Source: Pecten maximus
Taxonomy: Eukaryota
Direction: 5' to 3'
DNA length: 64,000 bases
Assembly (NCBI RefSeq): GCF_902652985.1
Contig: NC_047020.1
Span: 36,704,001-36,768,000 of the forward strand
Below are positions 51,857-64,000 of this stretch, piece after piece. A model generated the notes under the pieces. The model was not told the origin of the DNA, did no database searches, and saw only the letters and a list, made by a program, of their open reading frames with translations. Every line of letters begins with the position of its first letter. Position 1 is the stretch's first letter. A program made the translations under genes and the position numbers.

Positions 51857-54624
51857 TAATTATGAGCCAAGTTTTGACTAAGCATCATAATTATGCCACC
51901 CTCTTACAGTAATTTGTGGTTTTATGACAAATATCACGTAATGTACGATATATTAAACTTAAATATTGCCAATAAAAAGAATTAATGAAATATGAATATT
52001 GATTAATCGAGAAATCACTTTTTAATGATTTTAAATTTCAAAACATCAGAGCAAACTTTGTATTCATTTCTTATTTGTAGCTAAAATTCAATCTTAATGG
52101 TGACCTATCAAACTATTAAATGTATGTTATACTTTAAATTTTCTTCCCATACAGCTTTTGGTTCATTCATCTGTCATAGGGACATTAATAACCAGCAATT
52201 ACGGAGGGCGTACGTCAGGGGTCTCTCCTTTGGCTGTCACAGACGATTGGTACAGTAAGCCTGACGCCGAGAGGATTAAACAAAATGCCGGGGATGCTGC
52301 ATTGCGGTGCATGTAATATGTAAAAACAAATAACTCCATTTGCCAAACATTTTATTGAATTACAGAGAATCAATAAGTTTACATATCACGGAAGTATCAA
52401 TGCAATACTCGCGCGGCAAAAGTGACACTCCGTCAGACAGACGCTTGGAATTTTAAACATCAATTTGACGCTGAATTACACATATTAGATAAATCTTTAT
52501 CATGAAATATGTATATAGGATATGCCGAACTGTACTTAACTCGCGTCAAAAACAAAACTTAAAATTCAATGAAGCAGTATATTTTTTTTATATTCAGATG
52601 TTTATATTTCAAAAGCCTGGCCATCTCCCAATTGTACCAGTTATTGATTTCATACATCTATTTTTGTCTTCATCCCCCGATATTTAAAAAAAAAAAAAAA
52701 GCATTTTTGCTTGTATAAAATGTCAAACCCAACTGTTTGTATATCTACATGTCCAACATAGGAAATGTATCTGGTCTCTTCTTAGCATGATCATAAAAGG
52801 CGACTAAATCTGTGGTTTTTCATCTTTCTTTTTTTTAAACAAGGTTTGCCTGGTGTCTCTCTGGACACTGTTTCGCTGATGTCGTAGGGAGGAAGGCTAT
52901 GAACTATATTGTGTGTAGGCCTTGTATACAATATACAACTATTGGTTGAGAAAATCTCGAAGTGGGCGTCGTAGCTCGCCATATGTAGGGGATCAAATGG
53001 TAAAATGGTAAAATCCGAGCCCAACCTCCTAATCCCTGACCCCTTTCTCTCACTCATGACCCATGCCCTACCCCACCCAGCCTCCTACCCCACACTGCCT
53101 CATCAAGCCTCCTCCTACCCCCGCCCTGTCCCACCCAGCCTCCTATCTCTCTCTCTCTCCCCCCACCCTCCAACATACCGGGGTACAAAAGATCTTCGTC
53201 CTAAATATAACAAATAACCGTCACTTGGAAGGCGTCCGTATTATCACGTGTCCAGATAAGCAAGATTGGAATGTACAAAAGCACCAAACGGCGAAAATGA
53301 ATGAATAAATAAATGAATAAATAAATAAATAAATAAATAAATAAACAGAAACAGCACCTTGATAAATAGAAACATTCTTACAATACGAAATGAAGTAGGA
53401 GAGCAAACGTGAGCAGACATTGATTTAGAGAATATTTACAGTCTGTTAGAGAAGCACACAACATGTCACATTTTATAAACGTTTTCTCACCTACTTTATG
53501 ATGTATGGTGATGTATGAAGCCAATCAATTTTAAACAATTTTAATTACAGTCATTTTTTTTATCAGTGCGACAAGGAACTCCCATGAGACCATAGCTATC
53601 ATAACACAACCGAACGAAATGACAGTTATATTGCTTTGGGGTTCTCTCGTGTCATCGTAGTGGGACAATGTTAAAATGTTTACCTCAAACTCTAACTTAA
53701 CGAAACACCATTAACAGAAAACAAACAAAAAATCTAAACACTTTTCGGGAACAAATAGTCATCGTTCTGCTTGAAACGCTGGAAAGTTTGTGTTTCGAAT
53801 ATTGGAAAAAGGTACTTCTCAACGTCATTGCAGTATCTTGAAACATCAAAATGATGAATTCATCTATTTCTTTTTGAGTTCTCACTTAATATATGAGTTT
53901 TGTGTAAATAACATACACTTCATTCTCTCTTTGGTTAAAGTGCCCCGGTAGTTGGGTATCATGACCGCGTCATTCAATTGCATTTTGTGTTATCAAAACA
54001 ACAAGTTATATTTTTATTATGTTTCCGCTATCTGGAGACCGTGGACGTAATGACGGAAGTTCGAAGAGAGAAAAAAAAATGAATGAGTTTATCATCAGCC
54101 GCTGGTGGACAAAATGTTATCTGGAAAACATGTCATATGTTTATGCTAGCATGAGACCAATGGAGGTTATATTGGAAGTTGAGGAATATAAAATGACTCA
54201 GCTTACGCGCTGATGGACAGATTCGTGCTTAAATTAACCCGAAAAAAATAATCACTGGTAATAGTTAAGAGATGGTAAATCCCCCCCTTCCTCTCCTTGA
54301 ATACTTCCTATTAACTTTTCCTACTGGGACTCGCCCTTCAATGGTCTTTAAAAGTGACAATAACATTTGAAATATTGAATTAATTCGTCTAGGGATGGCC
54401 TTTGTCAAATTAGGTCAGAATCTGTTAATGGAGAAATATTCTTTAAACATTTCCCTATGGAGCCCCGTCCCTCATTATTCATGGATGCCAGAATCTCCCA
54501 GAATCTTCATTAAATTTTTACAATACAGACATCACAAAAAAATTCTAGGCACTGGGACTTGCGATATGAAATGAAATCGACATTCCTTTATAAGTATTTA
54601 GGTTTTTTTTTTTTTTTTTACGTA

Positions 54625-54679
54625 TTAACCAATTTTTGTTAAAGCAAGCCCCCCCCCCCACCCCCCCCCACCCCCCCCC

Positions 54680-54724
<45 letters not shown>

Positions 54725-55065
54725 CATCCACACCACCATCAACCCCTCCTCCCCTACCCCATCCGACCTAACCCAACTTCAACCCATCCCATGACCACTA
54801 TCCCCCCCCCCCCCCCCCTCCGTTACGTTTTTACAAATCTGTGTTTAAAGCAAGCACCCCCTCCCCCCATGCACTCACTCACAACACATCCAACCCCTCC
54901 TCCCCTACCCCATCCGACCTCACCCAACATCAACCAACCACATCACCACTAACCCCCACCCCAATCCCCAACCCCCGTTACAGTTTTACCAATCTTTGTT
55001 TAAAGCAAGCACCCACCCCCTACCCTACCCAATCCAAGCTCAACCAACCCGATCACCACTGCCCT
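54625..55065. repeat. C-rich imperfect triplication including poly-C and (CA)n
   Basis: TTAAAGCAAGC(A)CCC...CCCTACCC(C)ATCC(G)A recurs at ~54640, ~54845 and ~55000. Confidence 0.8.
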
Positions 55066-58000
55066 ACATGTAACAGTATTCAGTTATACAATTTCCAACC
55101 TTCTTGATCAAATTTTATCAAGTTTCCTTCAGCCACTTCGGAAAAGTAATATTGTAGAGACTTTTTCTCAGCGTTTAGAAACATTTTTTTTCTTCAGTGA
55201 GTTCAGTGAATGTTACTTTACTGATCTTATCAGAACCAATGAAAATCATCCATATATCAGAACAGATAGACTTTAATGGCTTCAATGGCGGTGATTATGA
55301 AGAATTCCATGTTAGAAAGAAGTTCTTCAAAGTACCATTTAAAGGTCTAAATTGGGTTTATTCGTGCCAAATTCGCGTCATGCAGTATGGATTCTGTGAG
55401 AAATTTTCCACAATGATGAACGCTATGGGTCCTGACTGCCCGTGGGTAAACAAACCCTATCTGTTACCGACAATATCTTACCTGGGCGTGACGGCGTTAC
55501 CTTTTAGTAATGAGGGGTTGGGATGAATGCTGATTAGCCTATTACCCTACCAAATATCTGTAACGACCGGTCAAATCACCTTGCTCCATGGCCCACTGGG
55601 CACAGGCAAATGTGGGCGTGGCTCTCTAGCTCGAGGCCGGACCGGAATTAGGACAGAGGTCATCATATACTATAATAGACTACGTCACCAAGAACTTTGG
55701 ACCAGTTTTCTCTTGAAAGAATCTACCTTCAGATTAAACAACCTAATATACATCTAATCATTGCTGTTTACTGTTTAAAAACAACTTCAAATTATTCTCA
55801 ATTTCAATTTCTTTCCTGTTTTAAGACCGTAGGATCAATGATATCTCTTCACAAATATACTGCCCGTTTTCATTTATATAACTTCATAATGTGTGTAAAA
55901 TAATAATAATGTCAGTTTCTGTTATCGTAGACCCTGGGGCTGATGGGTATACATGTATATGGCTGACGCAGCCTTTGTGAAATTGCACAGAAACAGAGGC
56001 GTCTCATTGTTCAAAACGGGGATGTAGGTCCTATTTTACCTTCTAATTGTAGTTGATTATATTTGCTGCGGGGTGGACACGTGTCACTGGGTGTCTTAAT
56101 TTATAGAGTTTCACGGGTAAACAAGTAAACAAAACGACACTAATTTGATGATAGGCAAGTCAATTACAAGGTTTTCCACGAGTAACATTTTCTTGCGGCA
56201 AAACATTTAGTAATTCACTGGAACGTTACTGTAATTTGTGTAGAGGGAAAAGCGCTGATGAATTTAAGATAAGGTGTTATTTGAGAGGGTAATTTTCAAA
56301 ATACGTACAGTTTATATATACTTACCTGTTAATTAGAAACAGAAATGACCGTGTGGCTAACCTAATAGCCGTATCACCTTATCGACTCAGGTGTGATTGC
56401 CATTAATTGGTTAATTTGCACGCTCTGAAATTAAATAAAATTAACATTAAATTTGGCCTTGTTTATGTTTTCTTTTACTTGAAATAGCAAAGTTAACAAT
56501 GTTGTCTTTGAATTTGATCTAAAAGTATCTGTCAAAGTTTTTTTAAGTGACAAGGTCATCATTTTCATGTCGAGACAAATTGTACCCCAATAAAGGGGTG
56601 TGTGGGGGATTGGGGGTTAATACCGGTATACTCAACATAGATAATGGACTTAATTACGTGACAACTGACCGAGCCTAATCGACAGAAATAACAAGGCGAT
56701 GTATCAAAGCCACATGCGCCGACGCATTATATGTTAAGGGGGAATACTTTTACCGGGGTATGTATCAACATGCACACCTTAGGTGTTAGGTCAAGTCTGG
56801 ATCTAATCCGCGACGTAAACACTAGCGGAAAATGAAATGGACTTTCTGCTTAATGACATTTCCATTAATTTGTCCTGTGTAATTACGGCGACTAATCTGT
56901 TTATGTTGATGTCTGTTTTAGTATGACAGGTGTATGACGCTTTCTCTACACAAAGGTTTCGTGTTACGGAAGCTTTCCATTTAATACCTTGTATCAACAA
57001 GCTTGCATATATATTTTACTTTCTCTGATCGGATTGAAGGTTTGTCAGCAAAAGTTGTTGTTTTTTATACAGAAGTCCCAACTAAACTACTCAAGCTGTA
57101 GCTTCAACAAGTCTAATCCCTATGATCCGATTAGTCAACAAAACCACAAAGGCGCATGTCAACCGGAACTGTGTGATCCATTTGTATTACTGCGCGTTTC
57201 GTAAGTAATGCTCCTCGTAGGTAAAGTGTTAAATGAAAACAGATGACATTTGTTACGCAGGTTTCCATTGAACAAGTAAAACCATGGCCTGTTAAATCAA
57301 AACAAGCCATCTTTTAGATTTATGTACAGTGTGGTATGAATAAAAAAGATAAAAAGAATGAGGAAATTTTGCTTAATCAAACTCCTATCTGCGTTTCTTT
57401 TCGACAGATTTATATTTATCGAGTTAGCTGTATCTTAAGCTATCTGTCCAATTACCTCCTATATCAGTCAATTAAATTATGATCGATGTTTCCCAATGAA
57501 TATAAAGTATGATGTGTGTTTAAATGAATCATCTTTACAATAACTTAACAAAGTCCACTGTGTCCCGTATATGATAGTAAACCGTAAATATTTATTTCAA
57601 TTTATTTTCAAACTAGCTTTAATCGTTTTTAAAGAAGATAAAATGTTTTTACACAAAATTTACAATATCCCCGGCTGGGGAAATTACACTCAGACGCCAA
57701 GCATTCGCCAGATCAAATTAGAGACTTTGCAGGTTATTAGTTTGAAATCTCTCTCACAAGCAATCATGATTAGCTGTTTACGTAATAACAGGCATTTTTA
57801 CAGATTTTGTCTTTCATGGAAAATAAGTTATACGACGCTGTTTTTGCTTATTCCAAGGGCAGGTCTGAAATGTCAAGGAGAGTCATGTTCTCTCTTCGAA
57901 TTTTTATCGCTAAAGGTGGCGACATTGGTATATAACAGTCACAAGACCATTGCTGTTTTTTGAGTATGTATTGTAGTTCCATGTATTGGTGAAGACAGGC

Positions 58001-59290
58001 AACAGGGTTGAAAATTGGGGACAGAAATAGGGCTCGATGTAGCCTCTCGGAAACCATCGATCCGCTTTTTAGAAGGGATAACGAAGCGATCTGGTGTTTA
58101 GATGCTACTTCAGTCTGCCACGATTTCTAATTGCTAACAAAAACCTGGAAGTCTGTATCCGATAAGACGTCTGACACCCTTAACTCGTCTGTCGACTTGA
58201 CGATAAATAGAGAGGGACCTTTATATCGATATTAGCCTTTCTTTTCTGTAAAACAATGAACAATTATTTTCTTTCTTGAAGTTTTTGCCTAAAGAATGAA
58301 GCCCATTCACTCTTCCCCTAATCTTGCCCCCCCCCCCCCCCCCCCTCCCCTTCCCCTTCTTCACTCACTCACTCATAAACTCCTTTTCACATTTACAGAA
58401 CATATATACCTAGTTTCTAAGAAATACTGTTTTACAATTATTTCTGATTCCAAAAGGAAAAGAAATTACGGGGGGGAAGGGTTAATATATTTATCGCTAT
58501 GATTACTATTATTATAACCCGTGAGTGAAATTGGAATGCAACTTAACTTTAAGCTACATTTTATGCATTAATCAAAATGATTTACAAAGTGCAATTTCTA
58601 TGAAATATGGGACGACAACACTCGCAGCTTTTTAAAATTCCAATCGCAATGGAACATCCGACGATGATGTTTCCAGTTTTGCAAGACAGGAATAATAGCA
58701 TATTGATCTGTATTTGAATAATGCAATTAAATCGTTCATAACACCTTAGAAATCCGCTAGTTCAGTTCCGAACGGTTTAAAGTAAGCATTTGTGTTGCCT
58801 TCTTCATAGTTTCGGAGTCGTGTTTTGTTTTTTTCGTAAGCGCAATTTCGTGTTCTGTCCTTCCTTCAATCTGACGGCTGAAATCGAAAGTTCTGATATG
58901 ATAAGACAGGTGTGACTATGTAGGAACAATGTGATACCATCTTGTATGGTATCTTTGGCAGCTAAGAAATCTCGAGAGGCGGCACGCGCTGAGTCCATTA
59001 GTGCCGAGACGGACGAGTATAGCGGCGTGACGTCACACGGAACTGGCTGGGAGACAAATCTGTTTTATGTATGAAGAATGTCCAAACATACCCCAACGTT
59101 AATGAGTTTGTTTAGTAGGTATGGACAACATTTCATTTCCATTCAGCCATTTATGAATTATACTCTCTGGCTAAATATCCGTCCATTTAGAATGATTGGG
59201 ACGTCCTGTTGGTAACTATGTTAGAATGGGAACTGTTGAGATGAAAAGTATGGTTATCTTTCATATAATCCATAAAAGCATAGGGCAGCA

Positions 59291-59342
59291 TAGCCCGAGT
59301 TTCTTCTTACCCTGACACCACATCCAGAAGAAACTCGGGCTA
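59291..59342. mobile_element. 52-bp miniature inverted-repeat element, AcademH-like
   Basis: Perfect 17-bp IR TAGCCCGAGTTTCTTCT ... AGAAGAAACTCGGGCTA; flanks AGGGCAGCA / AGGGCGTCA (7/9 identical). Confidence 0.5.
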
Positions 59343-62300
59343 AGGGCGTCACACTTTGTTTTAAACAGTTCTCTTCCTGTAATTCGATATTCCTGACGAA
59401 CATTCAGAAATTCCAGGAAACCAATTTAAGTACCATCTTTTCAATTACAATTCTCATTTTTGTGCGACAAAAGATGATAATGTGAGGAGGTTGATTAAAC
59501 ATTTATCTTTACGCCAACGTTAAACGAATTCAAACAATTCACCATTTGATTAGCACGTGTCATAATTATCAAGACTATTGTTCCGGACACAAACAATAGG
59601 AGAGTATGTTTGGAAATAGTCGGTGTGGTGGCGTTGTTAGGGGGTTAAAGGGTGGCGGTCGATCTAAATGGACGATGAGGGATAACAGAGTGAAAATACC
59701 TCGTGGCAATTATGACGTCATATCCTGTACCCTGTACTCGAATTTAAGATAAATTATTTTTTTCATTTCTTTTATTATGCGTTGACAATATTTCCATATT
59801 CATTACGCACCCATCGTAACAAAACTAGAGAAAAATATCCGTAAAGCTAACCAATCCTCCTAGTGCTTGATACGGAGGCTGGGCTGATGCGGACCATATG
59901 ACAATATCACGTGACTGCAGCCAAAGTAATCGACATCCCAATACACCTGATTACACCTGGACAAACAGTGCCGTAATAGGGTCATGACCCTCAGAGCGAG
60001 CTTAAAGAAATATCGCTACATCAAAAACCGCACGCGCTTTCCCATTATCTGTGCAACATGGCCTCATAATTCGCCTTTCTTTCCTCATCGATTTTTACGT
60101 AAAGACAAATTTCTGTCGTAGATGAAAGATTCATAACGGTATTTGCTGTCAGTAAAGGTCGTGGAAAATTGTTAAAACGAGTTCAGGGGATCCTAACTCC
60201 GGCTAAGAAGGAGATAAACAATCCGACGAATTCAGAACCTCAATATCGTTTTAATTAAAGTTAAATAAACTCGTGGGTCATGCATGTGGTCAGAAATTGG
60301 ACGCTTTGAGATCGGTGGATATTTTGAACGAAGAAATCAATGACTATTATTACGTCGGCTATCTATTTTTTCTCCCTTGTGTATATTGACTAGATATACC
60401 TATCGGTACACGTCTCGCTGGTAAACAATAAAACTTACTGTAGGTGAATGCACACACGTCAAATGAAACGGACACATCAATATACATTACGACATCTTGA
60501 TTTATGTCGCTTTAAAACCAGAGCAGACACATATTTGGATCTCTTTCACATATTGCCTGTACTGTTTATTCCTGTTTTGTGAAAGGTTGAAGGCGAGGCA
60601 CTAGCTTATCCTGACATTTCATTATTTTGTTACTTCTCTCAGCTGGATAACGAAATAACAATATGTCACAAATCAAATCTACCGTCAAATTGGAGACAGG
60701 AGTGTAGTAAATGTATGTTTATATGACTGACCTTCTCAGGAAGCATCTGATACAATCATCTTTTTTCTATGAATACGTCACAGACTCGAAAGACAAAACC
60801 AACGCATATCCCCGAGTTTAAAGTTTGACCGGATGGTGACGTTAGAACTGGCGGCCTCGTGTTCAGAGAGGTGAAAATACGGTGCACGTTCAATATATCC
60901 TGTGTGCATCTAAAGCACCGTGTTGCGAAAACGAGGGATATACATATAAATATGTTGATGAACTATTCAGATTGGTGATGTAAGAAATAGTGAAGCTACA
61001 ATGAAGCTAAACGCGATGTAAATGAAAACTTTTAAAATAATTGCAAAATAAGTTATATCAGCTTATATCAATCACGCTTGTGGGTTCGGACAAATACGTG
61101 TTCGTCCAACGGGCCTCGCTGACGAAAAAGTCATCTACGTGTATTTAGCAACCCCACCCCCCTCCCCCAGCCCGATCCCTATCCCCTATCCCCACCCCAC
61201 CTCCTCATTTCCCGTCTGCAGTACATGTATTACATTCAAGTTTCTGAATTTCATAGCAGTTGGATTTAGGGTTTTAAGTGAAAACCGAGAATAAGTCCCT
61301 AATGTAGCAAAATTAGTATTTGAACCAGATAACTGTTTACTACTAACATCAAAATCTTCCTATGCTGTTTCACAGAAGAACACTACCCTAATGTTCGTGA
61401 CTTCAATGGATACCCCTGACGGACACCAATACATTAGACAAAACTCGCAGATATCCGTGTATTTACCGAACCAATAAAACCAGAAAATCCTGCTTAAAGA
61501 ACGCATAAAGCTCCATTAGACGGAAGACATTCCCTAATCCTCTTGTCGATAAGGCTGACCCGACGTATTCCCAAAGATCAGGGGCCCGTTCGGGTATTGA
61601 ATGCATGGAATTAAGGTATTATGCTACATAGCGCTTACACTCGGCACGTTTAACATGGATTCTAGGGACTAGAGATAGATGCACTGGGGTAGTCGCCCGA
61701 TTTAACTTTCTAAAAGGTATAGTTAATAGAAATCCGTGTCGACAAGTGTATTCTTAATTTTGTATGGCCCCTTTGACAATTGTATTCCGCCCAGCCCGAC
61801 CCCCTGGGACAAAATGTCACCAACGACAGACAAGAGACCACCCATGGAAAAGAGGTACATTTTTTTGAAGGTCGGGGTGTGATAACTTCTCCTTGACTCC
61901 TTGTACATTCTCCCTGAACTTCATCCACCTCCTCATCGGTTTTGAGACGATATATTCGATTATATATCTCAATCGTGACGTAATTTTTGTGGGATAAATG
62001 CTAATATACTCAAAGCATGCCATATATAGAACTCTCCGCGAAACTTTAAAAACACAAGCAATTTATCTGACATTGCCACTCTGGGGCTTCCCATTCAAAT
62101 AGATTCTCACTCGAAAGTGGTAGATAACTGATTATCCTAATATGTTTAAAATGTCGTTAAACTGCAGGAATTCTTATATATATTTTTTGTTTCGTGACAA
62201 ATTTCCGTCAACATTCCAAGAGAGCAATACATATATGCCGATGTTGTAATAAAATTAATTTCGAAATATTCATTTCAAAGGTGGGATATTGAAAAAACTA

Positions 62301-64000
62301 ATTTATCTATTTATTCATTTTCATTAAATTTCATTTTTTTTAACCAAGCCAGGTAAGATATATACAAGAGTTTGACGTGCGGCTTTTAACAAATCTCACC
62401 GAGAATGAAATGCCCTTTGAGCTGTTTTTGTTACTCCCGTTGAGTCTACATTAGGGCCCGTGTCTCCACATTAAGGGATAGATGTTAACAGGACCCAGTG
62501 ACAGGTCTGTACAATGAAATGTCATTAGGACCCCACTCCTCACCTGGGCCAGCGTGTACCTGAACGGGACTCCCGTTTGTGTTGCGCCGTGATTGATGAA
62601 AAACCCCATCACAACAAAAACTCGACTCAAAATAACAGCAATAAAACTAATGATTCATTATTAGTAACATGATATTTACACACATGTGTAACGATCAAAA
62701 CATGTTTTTTTTTTATCTATCTAGACCGCACACACAAAGAAGTTGTATAGAAAGGGAGAGAGAGAAGGGGAGGGGGAGGTGGGGCACAAGTAATGTAACA
62801 CCTGCAAAACATCATAAAGAATGTTTTTTATTTGAAATTAAAAGTTTGACAAAAAGTAGCAGAGATAAGAGAAATTGTAATGGTTTTATTTGAAAATAAA
62901 TGGAGGAAGAAATAAATGATTAGATTTGGAAGACTTTATTTCAATATAATTGACATGAAATATTCAACATTTAAACGAAGGCATTTAATAATGTGAATTT
63001 GACTGCAATGGGTAGTGTAAATAAATATGATGGAATAGATAGGCTTGAGATAGTCTCGGGAACATTCTTTATTTAGAAATAGGTGATGGGGCATTAAAAT
63101 GGTCTAGTGACTGAGGATATATATAGGGTAGATAAAAATATAGTCGTTCGCAGAATTCCTTGTTAACAAATTGATTTGGAAAGATGACAATGCAAACGCG
63201 ATACGAGTTCGTCACATAAATCTGGTGACGTCATAACAGGCACTAAAAACATATAACAAATGTTCCGGGTTTTTGTTTTTTTTTAAATTTTAGTATTGAT
63301 TTAATCGCCAGTTAAAGACATGCTGATGATTCTCGCAACGTTAGGACCAGGGGAGTGCGACATTTTACATGGAGCAGATAGAGATAACCGGTAATGGGTC
63401 TTTTTAGTGAATTTCCTGACTGTTGTCAAAAAACATAATAATAAAACAGAAAAAAGAGAGAAAGAAAGAAAATATTACAACACAAAATAGCGATTCAATG
63501 TTTTATTTCTAAAATTTTAAAAATTGTTTATATAAATTCAGTTTTAGGACAAGTAACATAAAAATGCCCGCGCTCGTCATATGATAATACTATGCGTGTG
63601 TTGTATTTGGTAAAAAAGACACAAAACGGCTATCGATGGTTTATAAATCGAAGTGCTAGGAATACTATCAATCATTTTTCGCTATTGTTAGGAGCATTCT
63701 AAAGCCCGCTAAATTTTAATTCACTTGCGAAATAACCAAATGGACCATAGGGATTTTACATTTAAGTGTTAAATAAAGACCGTGAAACAGGGCTAGGGAT
63801 GTCTGTCAAATCCCTGTGGTTACTTCAAAATCTCTAATGATGTTTTCAACGCCATGTGTTGTACATAAATATGTTGTTGAATGCTTTGAAGGTAAATTAT
63901 CCATACATAAAAGCGTGTTTTCTTTCGTTTTTCCTGTCAAAACCAATTATTTCACAATCCCCTACCACAAATATATGTAAAAGCGTTTGCCGAAATATAC

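Noticed and set aside
24890-62790. Apparent strand bias of C-rich tracts on the + strand
   Set aside because: G-rich tracts also occur on + (~46230, ~56600, ~62765), so there is no consistent bias.

Overview
This is AT-rich, gene-sparse eukaryotic genomic DNA. The SINE, HINE and Penelope-like repeats and the protocadherin architecture point to a bivalve mollusc (inference). (1) Positions 1-4752 are the right-hand part of an IS3EU-type DNA transposon. It holds a HECT E3 ubiquitin-ligase ORF (+, 5'-truncated by the window) converging on a spliced, apparently disabled DDE transposase (-). It also has a subterminal array of about 19 palindromic 21-bp units and a ...GCTTCCGTA terminus. A ~730-bp foldback element with the same TACGGAAGC end lies between the two genes. 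(2) One host gene: a 7-EC protocadherin whose ectodomain and TM lie in a single 2.6-kb exon (21959-24592). A phase-0 second exon (30578-30751) is only partly overlapped by the ORF track, and there are candidate 3' exons. (3) The rest is repeat-rich non-coding DNA: a V-domain tRNA-SINE with TSD, CORE-SINE fragments, HINE elements, Kolobok-, mariner- and AcademH-like MITEs, a Penelope-like RT remnant, and minisatellites with 42-, 61-, 67-, 34- and 35-bp units. No rRNA, true tRNA or CRISPR array is supported. Family names come from motif recognition only; no database searches were run.
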